NCBI GenBank assembly: GCA_963736005.1
Contig: CAVTNB010000001.1
Coordinates: 448,001-512,000 of the forward strand
DNA: 64,000 nucleotides
Direction: 5' to 3'
DNA from: an uncultured Pseudomonadota bacterium
GTDB taxonomy: Bacteria > Vulcanimicrobiota > Vulcanimicrobiia > Eremiobacterales > Eremiobacteraceae
The position numbers and the translations under genes are program-made. Under the pieces are notes generated by a model that searched no databases, was not told the DNA's origin, and saw only the letters and a list, made by a program, of their open reading frames with translations. Below are positions 10,570-20,763 of this stretch, in pieces (position 1 is the stretch's first letter; each line of letters begins with the position of its first letter).

Positions 10570-11799
10570 TCATCCCACACTTCCGAAAACCACGAACTGA
10601 CTTTGTGCCACATGCCTTTGCCGTTCGTGCGCACGGGTTCGCCGCGATTTCAGACTTCTCGCCAAAAAGAACAAGCCCAACAAGCGCTGCGTAGGCTGGG
10701 TGCTTGATGGCTTCAGTGAGACCACCAACGTGCATCGGCATGCCGATGCGCGCCGGCAGATCGAAGAGATCGGCAGCAAGCGAGTCCACGCCCGTCAGCT
10801 GTGCGCCTCCGCCCGTGAGGACGAGTTCGGCGAGCATGACTTCGGGCGGGCAGTTCTCGGCAAGGTTCGAACGCACGATCTTGAAGATCTCCGACATCCG
10901 CGCAACGATAATCTGGCGCAAGAAATGCTTGGCGGCGGGCCGCAGTCGTGCGCCCGGACAATGCCTTCACTTCGAACGTTTCTTCACCAAGGTCGAGCCG
11001 CAAGGTCGGCGGTGCCATACGCGACTTTGATGTTCTCTGCCTCGCCAAAGCTCGTCTTGAGACCTAACGCGATGTCGTTGGTCACGATGTCGCCGCCGAC
11101 GGGCACAGTCCAGGTATGGTAAACGCCGCCACCCCAATACACCGCTACATCTGTTGTGCCGCCGCCAATGTCCAAAAGCACGACTCCTGCGTTTCGTTCG
11201 TCCGGCAACAAGACGGCAATGCCGACTGCGAGGGGCTCGAAGATGACGCCTGCGGGTTCGATTCCAGCGCGGTGCACGCACTTGAGGACGTTCGCGATGA
11301 ATGACGAGCCAGCGGTGACGATGTGCGTGTCGACCTCGAGGCGCATCGCGGACATGCCGACGGGGTCCGTGATCCCGTTCTGACCGTCAACCGTGTACTC
11401 GCGCGGCAGCGTGTGGATGAGCTGGCGTTCGGCCGGCAGCGTAATGATCGTACTTGCGTCAACGACGCGTTTGACGTCGAGCGGCGCCGACTTCGTGGTC
11501 CTCGCCACTGACAGCGACGATCCCATGCGAATTCAGGGAGCTTGCACATGTTCGCCCGTCACGCCCACGAAGGCGCTTGACACATGCAAGCCAGCCATGC
11601 GTTCCGCGCTCTCCATGGCAGCTTCGATTGATTTGACCGTCTCTTCTAAATCGGTGACGACGCCTTTGCGCAGCCCCGAGGAAGGGGCGACGCCAAAACC
11701 GATGAGGTCGATTGGCCCGCCTGGGTTGACGCTTGCGATCACCGCCGCCGTTTTCGTCGTACCGATGTCGAGCCCGCAAACTACGTCGCTACGTGCCAA
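10570..11799 (-). CDS. ftsA: Cell division protein FtsA (several frameshifts; 3' end approximate)
   Basis: [36 protein letters not shown] across frames. Confidence 0.9.
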
Positions 11800-11906
11800 C
11801 GCCTACCTCTCTTTAATTAATGGCGACCGATGGTGAAGCGAATCAGCCGGGCGAACGTTGTGCCATTCCAACTGCGCGCGAACATACCTTTTGCAACCAC
11901 GACGCT

Positions 11907-12698
11907 TCATCTGTAGAGCACGGTCGGTGCGCGCACGCTGCGAACGTCCACGTACGCGATCCGTTCGGGTGTGGATATCTTGGCGACGATTGCTTCAAAG
12001 AGCTGCGCTTTTTTCGCCAACTCCTCGTCGTCACCAAACAACACGCGCAAATTCCGGTTGGCGGTGACGCTGATGCCTGTGGAAGGGGCAATGCCGACCG
12101 CCGAGATTGGAAGTCCCAGTGTGCGCAACTCGCGTAACGCCCGCAGCGCCTGCGTTACGTCCGAGTTCGCAAGGGTATCGCCGGCGCTCACGGGGCCGAC
12201 TGGCGGGGGCAGGACCACAATGCGAGGGAGCTCGGCATGTTCGTCTCGCGCGGTTGTCACTGCGAGTACCCGCTGTGTCTCGTCGATGATAGCGGCTGCC
12301 CTTCGCGGAGGCTGCGTCGTATCTTGCGAGAGGTCCACCGTCGCCATTGGGGTTCGCTCGATAACGTCAATGGTAACCTCGTTTGGCCACGTGACATGCA
12401 GCGATGCGCGTCCAACCCACGGCAGCCGCTCGATGCGCCACTCGGCCGCACGACGGTTGATGAGCCACGCATTTTGGTCAGGTGCCAGCGCCAGCGCGCC
12501 GAGAACTTCGCCTTCGCTTTCGTGAGCAAGTCCTGTAACCGTCCCAATATTGGCGGCGAAGTGGGGATCTCGCGCTTGCGCGTAGAGTTCGTAGCCAATG
12601 GCGCCGAGTGCGATCAGCAACCAAGCCAAGAACACAAGACGCTGGTTCGTGGCCGCCTGTTTGACGACGTGGCGTCGAACGGGCTCAGGCCGGCTCAT
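11907..12698 (-). CDS. ftsQ: FtsQ/DivIB-like cell division protein
   Basis: Single TM helix, POTRA-like LPWVGRASLHVTWPNEVTIDVIERTP, C-terminal YVDVR; directly upstream of ftsA. Confidence 0.8.
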   Translation of the reverse strand: MSRPEPVRRHVVKQAATNQRLVFLAWLLIALGAIGYELYAQARDPHFAANIGTVTGLAHESEGEVLGALALAPDQNAWLINRRAAEWRIERLPWVGRASLHVTWPNEVTIDVIERTPMATVDLSQDTTQPPRRAAAIIDETQRVLAVTTARDEHAELPRIVVLPPPVGPVSAGDTLANSDVTQALRALRELRTLGLPISAVGIAPSTGISVTANRNLRVLFGDDEELAKKAQLFEAIVAKISTPERIAYVDVRSVRAPTVLYR

Positions 12699-13533
12699 GG
12701 GCCACTCCTTGTTCCAGCTTGCGCAACGCGTCGGCGACGCCACTGCCAAGGGGCGATACGAGGGTGCTCGCGGCACGTTTGGCAGCTTCAGTCGCATTGG
12801 CGACGGCAAAGGATGTTTGGGCGGCCTCAAACATTGAAACGTCGTTGTCGGAGTCCCCAATCGCCGCCGTCGCACTCATGTCGATGTCCAGGAGGGTGGC
12901 GATCCGCTTCAACGCCTCGCCTTTGGTTGCGTGGGGATCTGTTATTTCAAGGAAGACAGGCATGCTTCGGAAGACGTTCGCGCAGCCAGCGTAAGCTTCC
13001 GAAAGCACTGGTATCGTTTTCCTGACGTGCTCTTCGCTTGCGATGCCGAGCACTTTGATCGGTCCAGGCTCTGCCGGCGCACTCCCGGTCAAGAGCGCTC
13101 GCAGATCTGGCACCATCACGGGTTCGACTCTCGAAATGCGCAGATAGTAGCGGGCCGCTTCGTTGAGTGTGTCAAGATACAAGCTATCTCCGTAGTAGAG
13201 CTGGAGGTGAAAGCCGCGGCGGCGCAGGTCGTCGTACGCTTGCAGCGCCGTCGGAACAGCGAGCGGTGTGCAAAACAGGCGCTGTTCGGTGCGCAGGTCG
13301 TACGCGGCAGCGCCCTGCAGCGCGATGATGGGGCCATGCAAATCGAGCTGCACGGCAAAAGGACGCGACGCAGCGTACAGCCGGCCGCTCGCGAGACAGA
13401 TCACGTTCCCCGCTGCTTGTGACGCGGCAATAGCTGCCTTGTCTTGTGCGCTGATTGTCAGCGTTTCGCCGATAAGCGTACCATCCAAGTCGATGGCGAT
13501 CAGCAGGCGGCCTCTCACCGGTCCCCCATCCAA
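12685..13533 (-). CDS. Cof-type HAD-IIB hydrolase
   Basis: DLDGTL, ASGR, TKGEAL, IGDSDNDVSM. Confidence 0.92.
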   Translation of the reverse strand: MDGGPVRGRLLIAIDLDGTLIGETLTISAQDKAAIAASQAAGNVICLASGRLYAASRPFAVQLDLHGPIIALQGAAAYDLRTEQRLFCTPLAVPTALQAYDDLRRRGFHLQLYYGDSLYLDTLNEAARYYLRISRVEPVMVPDLRALLTGSAPAEPGPIKVLGIASEEHVRKTIPVLSEAYAGCANVFRSMPVFLEITDPHATKGEALKRIATLLDIDMSATAAIGDSDNDVSMFEAAQTSFAVANATEAAKRAASTLVSPLGSGVADALRKLEQGVAHEPA

Positions 13534-16500
13534 ACATTGTCCGCGCCGAAAACCGAGGCGAAGTCTTCGCGCAATGCTGGGGTCAATTGCACGGGCTGGC
13601 GCAGCGGACGCGAATCGCCGTTGCTGTTCGCATGGAGGTACACGCGGTCGCAGCCGGTTTGGGCATTTTTGATCAGCTCGCGGAGTCGTTCGAGGCGTAC
13701 GCCATCCTCGGCATCGCCATGGAGTCGAATGTGTACCGCAAGCGCCGATTCATCGCGCGCCTCCTGCGGCAGGCGAGAACCGCCTGAAATAACTGGTGCC
13801 AGACCCAGCGGCGATGCCTCGATCGCCTGGAGGCTCACTTCCGGGCGCTCTTGTTTTTCTTCGTCCGCGGATTGCGGCTCGATGTAGCCGGGTGGCTTGC
13901 CGATCGCCCGGCGCTCCTTGACCTTGCCTTTGACGACCACAATGGCTTCGTCAAGCAACAGCGGTGACAGCTCCGGGTACCACTTGGGAAACACGACGAC
14001 TTCGATGGCTCCCGTGAGATCTTCGAGCTTTGCGACAAGCATCTGCCCGCCGGCCTTGGTCACAACCCGCCGACTCGCCGTCACGACGCCGCCAACCGAG
14101 ACTGTCTCGTCTTCAGGCAGCTCGCGCAGTCTCGCAATCGTGTGGCTCGTGCGTCGCGCGAGGTCTACCGTCTTGTCAGCCAGCGGGTGCCCGGAGATGT
14201 AAACGCCGATGGCTTCTTTTTCTTGCGCGAGCCGAAGTGCCGAACTTGGCGGCTCGCGCTGCGGCAAGACTGGTGCGGGAAGTCCACCGGACTCATCAGA
14301 GCCAAAAAGCGAGGCCTGCCCCATGGCGCGCTGCGTGGCCCCGTGTTGGCCGTACTCGAGCGCGGCGTCCAGCCCCGCGAGCTTTTCGCTGCGGTTGCCC
14401 GGAAGGCTGTCGAGCGCGCCAGCTTTGATCAGCGACTCTAGGACTCGCCGGTTAACGATGCGGCAATCCAGACGCGCGCAAATATCGGCCAGTGAGGCAA
14501 AACCGCTGCCGCGTTTCTCGATGAGTTCTCGCACCGCGCCCTCGCCAACATTTTTTACTGCGGTCAGGCCAAAACGAATCGCGTTGCCGACGACCGTAAA
14601 GTTCGGACCGCTCTCGTTCACATCCGGCGCAAGGATCAACAACTTGCGCTGCGCGCAATCGGCGAGATACTCAACGAGCTTGTCGGTATTCTGTTTGACC
14701 GACGTGAGCAGCGCCGCCATAAAAGCAAGTGGGTGATTCGCCTTGAGCCAGGCAGTGCGATACGCGAGCAAGCCATAACAGACGGAGTGCGCCTTGTTGA
14801 ACCCGTATCCGGCAAACGGTTCGACGAATTGCCATATCTTCGTTGCGAGCGCTTCGTCGATGCCGTTGCGCACGCAGCCATCGATGAATTTTTTTCGTTC
14901 GGATGGTATTTTTTCTTTAATTTTCTTTCCGATGACTTTGCGCATCGCGTCGGCCTGCCCAAATGTGTAACCGGCAAGGTCGCGGCACATCTGCGTGATT
15001 TGTTCTTGGTAGACGGCGATACCGTAGGTCTCCTGGAGAATGGGCTCGAGTTTGGGATGCAGATACGTTATGGCGCGCCGGCCATGTTTGCCCGCAATGA
15101 AATTGCCAATCCAATCCATGGGACCGGGCCGATAGAGCGCAACCATGGCGATGACGTCCTCAATGCGCGTGGGTCGCAGCTCGGCGATGTAGCGGCGCAT
15201 GCCGGCGCTTTCCAGCTGGAAGACGCCCGTGGTCTGGCCGGCCGATAACATTGCGAATGTTTTTGCATCGTCGAGTGGGATGCCATCCAGGCTAAACGCC
15301 GGTTCTGCCGTCCGGCAGATTTCTTCGGCGGCTGCGGCCAGCACCGTGAGCGTACGAAGGCCAAGGAAATCCATCTTGAGCAAGCCGACGCGCTCGACCC
15401 ACTCCATCGAATACTGAGTGTTGACGTCGTTGTCGCCCAGCCGAACGAGCGGTGCATAGTCTGTGATTGGTCCAGGCGCGATCACGACGCCAGCGGCATG
15501 CGTGGAAGCATGGCGCGCCAAACCTTCGACCCGCTTGGCCGTGTCAAGGAGCTTGCGGGCTTGCCCGTCGCGCTGATAGATCGATGCGAGCTCAGGCACC
15601 GCGTCGATCGCTTGCTGAATGGACATCGGATTCGTTGGGGTGTTCGGAATCAACTTGGCGATCTTGTCGACGTCTCCGAGCGGCACGCCCATGACTCGGC
15701 CAACATCGCGGACGGCTGCGCGCGCCGCCATCGTTCCAAAAGTGACGATTTGCGCGACCCGATCAGCACCGTACTTCTTCGTTACATATTCGATGACTTC
15801 GTCGCGCCGCTCGAAGCAAAAATCCGTGTCGATATCGGGCATCGAAATGCGCTCTGGGTTGAGGAAGCGCTCGAAAAACAGATTGTAGCGCAGCGGATCC
15901 ACGTCGGAGATGTGCAGTGCGTATGCAACGATGCTTCCTGCCGCTGAACCACGCCCTGGGCCAACCGGTATGCGCTGCTCGCGGGCGTATCGAATGAAAT
16001 CCCACACGATCAGGAAGTAGGAGGCGTATCCCATGCGTCCGATGGTGTCGAGCTCGTACGCCAGGCGGCTGCGCTGCTCGGCGGTCGGCTCGCCATATCG
16101 CTCGCGCAGCCCTTCTTCGCATAACGATTGCAAATAGGCTTGGTCGCTTTGATGGCCTAGCGGCACGGGAAAAGCTGGGATGGCAAACGAGGTCGCCTCG
16201 AGGTTCGAGATCGACGATCTGCGCGATATCTAATGTAGCCTCGCAGGCATCCGGCACCTCTGCAAACAGCTCGCGCATTTCCTCCGCGGACTTGAAATAG
16301 AATTGATCGTTTTCAAAGCGCAACCGATCCGTATCCGAAACCATTTTGCCGGTCCCGATGCACAGGAGCACATCGTGCGCCGACGCGTCATCGCGGCGCA
16401 AGTAATGGAAGTCGTTGGTTGCGACCGCGCGTAACCCGAGCTCCCGCGCGAGGCCGAAGAGAGCCGGGCGGATGCGGTCCTCCAGCGGGTGATGATGGTG

Positions 16501-17019
16501 GTGAACTTCGATGAAATAGCGATCCCCGAATACCGCCTGAAAGTCCCTCGCGGTCTTGGTCGCGCGGTCCACCTCGCCTTTCACGAGGGCTTGGGCAATC
16601 GACCCACCGAGACAGCCCGACAGAACGATGAGCCCCTCGGCATGTTCGGCGAGCAACTCAAGATCGACGCGCGGCTTGTAATAATAGCCGTCAATGAAGC
16701 CGATCGAAACAAGTTTCAGAAGATTGCGATAGCCCGCTTTGTTCGCTGCCAAAACCGTCAGGTGATGTTCGTCGCGGGCGCTGCGATCGCGATGGCCCCG
16801 GGGCGCCACATACATCTCGCACCCGATGATAGGCTTGATCCCCTTGGCTTTTGCTTCGAAGTAGAACTCAAGAGCCCCATACAAGACGCCGTGATCGGTG
16901 AGCGCAATTGCCGGCATGCCAAACTCGGCTGCGCTGGCAACCATTTCTTTCGTGCGACACGCGCCGTCAAGCAGCGAGTATTCGCTGTGGGTGTGAAGGT
17001 GAACGAAGCTGCGCGCCAT
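13515..17019 (-). CDS. dnaE: DNA polymerase III alpha subunit (single frameshift near 16205)
   Basis: PHP HLHTHSEYSLLDG, GPGRGSAAGS, PDIDTDF, KMDFLGL, OB fold. Removing one base near 16205 gives a continuous VDLNLEATSFAIPAFPVP. Confidence 0.95.
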
Positions 17020-17038
17020 TCCAATCCTATAGTGCGGG

Positions 17039-17052
17039 CAAACATATGTTTG
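17039..17052. promoter_or_regulatory. Perfect 14-bp palindrome CAAACATATGTTTG, LexA (GAAC-N4-GTTC)-like operator
   Basis: Sits 20 nt upstream of the dnaE ATG; AAAC-ATAT-GTTT resembles the Gram-positive-type SOS box. Confidence 0.4.
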
Positions 17053-17198
17053 TATGCCCGACCAGGATACTCTTCTTCCGCGGCCTGTGGATTGACTTGC
17101 GAACCGCCTGCGAACGACGGTGGGTAGTTACGAAAAAGTTGTGGATTACCGCGCGTCAAACTAGCGACGCTTACCAGGGCCCCGTGAGGTGAACCCCA

Positions 17199-18164
17199 GT
17201 GTCAAAGGAAGTCTTAAGCCTTGCGTCACGCATCGAAGCGGCCGCCCAGCGCATCCGTCCTCATGTGCTCGAAACACCCCTTGAGCACTCACAAGCTCTG
17301 AGCGAGCTCGCCGGGACGAACGTGTTCTGCAAGCTCGAGAATCTCCAACATACGGGTTCGTTCAAGACGCGCGGCGCGTTCAACAAGATTCTGTCTCTCC
17401 CCCATGCGGAGCGCGCCCGCGGCGTGGTCGCAGCCTCTACCGGCAACCACGGAGCGGCAGTGGCCTACGCTCTTGCCAAACTCGAGTTGCCTGGCACGAT
17501 CTTCGTGCCCGAAGGCGCCTCAAAGGTAAAAGTCGCGAACATCGCCCGGCTGGGAGGGTCAGTGCGCTACGCAGGCACGGAAAGTGCCGCAACGGAGCAC
17601 TTCGCTCGAAGTTTCGCGCAAGACAATGGACTAACGTATGTCTCGCCCTACAACGATTGGGACGTCGTCGCAGGACAAGGCACGATTGGGATGGAGCTCC
17701 TTGCGTCGTTACCCAAGATGGACGTGGTCGTCGCCTCGCTCGGCGGCGGGGGAATGATCGGCGGGATCGGGGGTTACATAAAAAGCGTCAATCCGGGGGC
17801 GCGCATTATTGCAGCTTCACCTCGCAACTCTAAAGCCATGATCGAATCGATACGCGCTGGAAAAATTGTGGAGGTCGAACATCACCCAACGCTCTCCGAC
17901 GCAACTGCGGGAGGTGTGGAACCAGGGGCGATTACCCTCGATCTTTGCCGCCAGGTGGTGGATGAGTGTGTCGAGGTCAGCGAGGACGAAATCCGCGCTG
18001 CGATGCGCCTTTTTATCGAAACCCACCATATGCTCTTGGAAGGCTCGGCGGCAGTCGCTATTGCGGCATTGTCGTATGCGAAGGGTCTCTCGCCAAATGC
18101 CCGAGTTGCGCTCATCATTTGTGGCGCGAATATCTCGGCGGATACCCTCAAAGCCGCGCTCTAG
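17199..18164 (+). CDS. PLP-dependent threonine/serine dehydratase family protein (no ACT domain)
   Basis: KLENLQHTGSFKTRGA, ASTGNHG, GQGTIG, GGGGMIGG, CGANI. Confidence 0.9.
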   Translation: MSKEVLSLASRIEAAAQRIRPHVLETPLEHSQALSELAGTNVFCKLENLQHTGSFKTRGAFNKILSLPHAERARGVVAASTGNHGAAVAYALAKLELPGTIFVPEGASKVKVANIARLGGSVRYAGTESAATEHFARSFAQDNGLTYVSPYNDWDVVAGQGTIGMELLASLPKMDVVVASLGGGGMIGGIGGYIKSVNPGARIIAASPRNSKAMIESIRAGKIVEVEHHPTLSDATAGGVEPGAITLDLCRQVVDECVEVSEDEIRAAMRLFIETHHMLLEGSAAVAIAALSYAKGLSPNARVALIICGANISADTLKAAL

Positions 18165-18297
18165 CACCTGGTTTGTCCCGGGTGCGCGTTTTCTCGCAGC
18201 GCGTAAAGTCGAAGCTTAGCGCCCCAGCGCAGGAAGCGCTAAAACGCCTTTGTAAGCGCCTAAAAACACTCCATTACCTAAGGAGACGTTTCAATCC

Positions 18298-19902
18298 ATG
18301 GCTTTGCTCGCCAGCGACCTTGAGAGCGCAGGTTTTGAATCCTACGGGTTTGGCTTGGTCCGTAAGGCCACGCACAATCTCACGACCGCACCCCTCTTTG
18401 AGGAAGCGATCAAGCGCGGAGAGGGCCTCGCGGCGGTGGCGGGACCTCTCGTCGTGCGAACCGGCAAACACACCGGCCGCTCGCCCAACGACAAGTTTTT
18501 CGTCCGCGAGCCTGGCAGCGAAGCTCGTATCGATTGGGGTAAGACGAACAAGCCCTTCGACCGCACCAAATTCAATGCGCTCCTCGCAAGGGTCGACCAG
18601 TATTTGCGCGACAAGGAAGTTTACGTTCTGGATGCATTTGCCGGAGCAGATCCCAACTATCGGCTTCCGGTGCGCGTGGTCACCGAGCTTGCCTGGCACA
18701 ACCTTTTCGCTCGGAATCTCTTTATTCCAGCGACTGCTCAGGGACTCCAAGGTTTCGAGCCGGAGTTTGCGGTGGTCGACGCTTGCAATTTCCTCGCCGT
18801 TCCCGAACGCGATGGCACGCGTTCGGAAACGTTTATTATTGTCGATTTTGCGCGTCATCTCGTGCTCATCGGGGGAACCACGTACGCAGGCGAGATCAAG
18901 AAGTCGGTCTTCACGATCATGAACTACTTGCTCCCCCTGCGAAACGTCATGCCCATGCATTGCTCGGCCAACGTCGGTGCCGCCGGCGATGTTGCGATCT
19001 TTTTCGGTCTTTCGGGCACGGGTAAAACGACGCTTTCCGCGGATCCAAACCGGGCGCTCATCGGCGACGACGAGCATGGCTGGAGCGACGCGGGCGTGTT
19101 CAACTTCGAAGGCGGCTGCTACGCGAAGGCCATTCATCTTTCAGCCGAACTCGAGCCGCAGATCTATCCAACCACCCGCACGTTTGGCACGGTGCTTGAA
19201 AACGTGGTCATCGACCCTGTGACTCGCGAACTTGACCTGGACGATGCTTCGCTGACGGAAAACACGCGCGCCGCGTATCCGCTGACCTCGGTGCCGAACG
19301 TGGCGCCTGGCGGGGTAGCGGGCCACCCGCAGAATATCGTCATGCTAACGGCTGACGCGTTCGGGGTGATGCCGCCGATCGCTCGCATGACTCCGGCGCA
19401 AGCCATGTATCACTTTCTCTCCGGCTATACGGCCAAAGTGGCCGGCACAGAAAAGGGCGTCACCGAACCGCAAACGACCTTCTCCCACTGCTTTGGTGCG
19501 CCGTTTATGGTCCATGAGCCCACCGTCTACGCGCATATGCTGGGCGAGCGCATCGCCAAGCACAACGTGCGCTGCTGGCTCGTGAATACCGGTTGGAGCG
19601 GAGGACCGGTTGGCGTTGGCAAGCGCATGAAGCTGCCATACACGCGCGCCATGGTGAATGCGGCGCTGAGCGGCAAACTCGATCATGCGACCTTCGTGCC
19701 ACATCCGGTATTCAAGGTCGGCGTTCCAACCGAAGTCCCCGGGGTGCCCAAGGAAGTTTTGGATGCGCGTTCCACGTGGCCCGATGCGGCTGCCTACGAT
19801 GCCAAAGCCAAGGAACTTGCCCGCAAATTTGCGGAAAACTTCGAGCGCTTCGCCGCCACCGCGTCGCCCGAAGTGCTCGCCGCCGCCCCCAATATCGACT
19901 AA
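18298..19902 (+). CDS. pckA: Phosphoenolpyruvate carboxykinase (ATP)
   Basis: TGRSPNDK, YAGEIKK, GLSGTGKTTLS, IGDDEHGW, NFEGGCYAK; AAGGAG RBS. Confidence 0.97.
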   Translation: MALLASDLESAGFESYGFGLVRKATHNLTTAPLFEEAIKRGEGLAAVAGPLVVRTGKHTGRSPNDKFFVREPGSEARIDWGKTNKPFDRTKFNALLARVDQYLRDKEVYVLDAFAGADPNYRLPVRVVTELAWHNLFARNLFIPATAQGLQGFEPEFAVVDACNFLAVPERDGTRSETFIIVDFARHLVLIGGTTYAGEIKKSVFTIMNYLLPLRNVMPMHCSANVGAAGDVAIFFGLSGTGKTTLSADPNRALIGDDEHGWSDAGVFNFEGGCYAKAIHLSAELEPQIYPTTRTFGTVLENVVIDPVTRELDLDDASLTENTRAAYPLTSVPNVAPGGVAGHPQNIVMLTADAFGVMPPIARMTPAQAMYHFLSGYTAKVAGTEKGVTEPQTTFSHCFGAPFMVHEPTVYAHMLGERIAKHNVRCWLVNTGWSGGPVGVGKRMKLPYTRAMVNAALSGKLDHATFVPHPVFKVGVPTEVPGVPKEVLDARSTWPDAAAYDAKAKELARKFAENFERFAATASPEVLAAAPNID

Positions 19903-19904
19903 CC

Positions 19905-19991
19905 CGGACTTGGTCCGCTCCTCTTTGCATGTAGCAGCGGACCTTTCGTTCCGCTCCTCTCGGCATGTAGCAGCGGACCTTTAGGTCCGCT
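19905..19991 (+). repeat. Tandem GTAG-type REPs, family D (36-bp period, about 2.7 copies)
   Basis: GTAGCAGCGGACCTTTCGTTCCGCT at 19931 and GTAGCAGCGGACCTTTAGGTCCGCT at 19967, plus a partial copy before them. Confidence 0.8.
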
Positions 19992-20031
19992 CTCGCTGGA
20001 GTCAGAGCCACGTTCACCGAACACAAGCAGT

Positions 20032-20721
20032 GTGGATCTCGTTATCGTCGGCGGACCGCATTCCGGTGTGGGCAAGACGCTCGCGTCTGAAGTGGCGATT
20101 CGTGTGCTGAGTTCGCGCCGAGTAGGCGCCATCAAACTCACCGTTGCGGACGGGGAGCGAGATCCTCACGATCATGGGGCATCCGCACTTGCAGTCGCCG
20201 ACGCAGCCGGGATCTGCGGCCGGGGGGCATCGTGCGGCGTTTGCGAGACAGTTTCGACCCGAATCCCTAGCCGTCTCATTACGAGCCGCCGCGCCATTCG
20301 CAAATCCGGCACCGACACATGCCGGCTCTCCGAGGCCGGGGCAATAGCGGTAGCATGGGTAATAGCGCTACGGAGCGGCGCTCCGCAATCCATAGAAGCT
20401 GCGCTTGCGTTTCTGCGCGACGCGGGCGCCCAGATGACGCTGATCGAGGGAACCACGGCGCTCGAGTGGCTCACCCCAAAAGCTTCTATCATGGTAGCGA
20501 CTGACCCGGGGAAAAAATGGAAAGCCGTCGCGCTAGAGTCCGTAGGTTCGTGCGACATCGTCTTGCGCAATCACGTGCCCGTGCCTTCTGGCGACCTGCC
20601 AGCACCAGTTGAGTTTGCGCTCGCCGAACCGATCGATTGCGACTTAGGCAATCCTGCCGATCCCGGCGTCAAAGCATACGTGCATCGATTACAGGCGCTG
20701 GTTGGCCCGGAGCGGACCTAA
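20032..20721 (+). CDS. MobB-like P-loop NTPase with a Cys-rich insertion
   Basis: Walker A GPHSGVGKT, VGAIK, GTDTCRLSEAGA (cf. MobB GKDS.R...AGA), LIEG; CGRGASCGVC. Confidence 0.6.
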   Translation: MDLVIVGGPHSGVGKTLASEVAIRVLSSRRVGAIKLTVADGERDPHDHGASALAVADAAGICGRGASCGVCETVSTRIPSRLITSRRAIRKSGTDTCRLSEAGAIAVAWVIALRSGAPQSIEAALAFLRDAGAQMTLIEGTTALEWLTPKASIMVATDPGKKWKAVALESVGSCDIVLRNHVPVPSGDLPAPVEFALAEPIDCDLGNPADPGVKAYVHRLQALVGPERT

Positions 20722-20753
20722 GGATCCGTTGCGAGATGGGGCGATTTTCCAAT
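20711..20753 (-). repeat. Degenerate family D REP followed by a half family A REP
   Basis: AGCGGACCTAAGGATCCGTTGC resembles the reverse complement of family D; then GGGGCGATTTTCCAAT. Confidence 0.55.
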
Positions 20754-20763
20754 GGTGTGTTCT

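Noticed and set aside
16140..16230. Split dnaE (intein or programmed frameshift)
   Set aside because: No intein motifs or slippery run; a one-base correction restores a normal protein, like the other indels in the window.
18274..19137. Long antisense ORFs (also 21870-22985, 41195-42328, 43711-44688, 46243-47118)
   Set aside because: Shadow frames of high-GC genes with no recognisable motifs.
19905..19991. Possible mini CRISPR array (36-bp period)
   Set aside because: Units are adjacent with near-identical linkers, no unique spacers and no cas genes; it fits tandem REPs.
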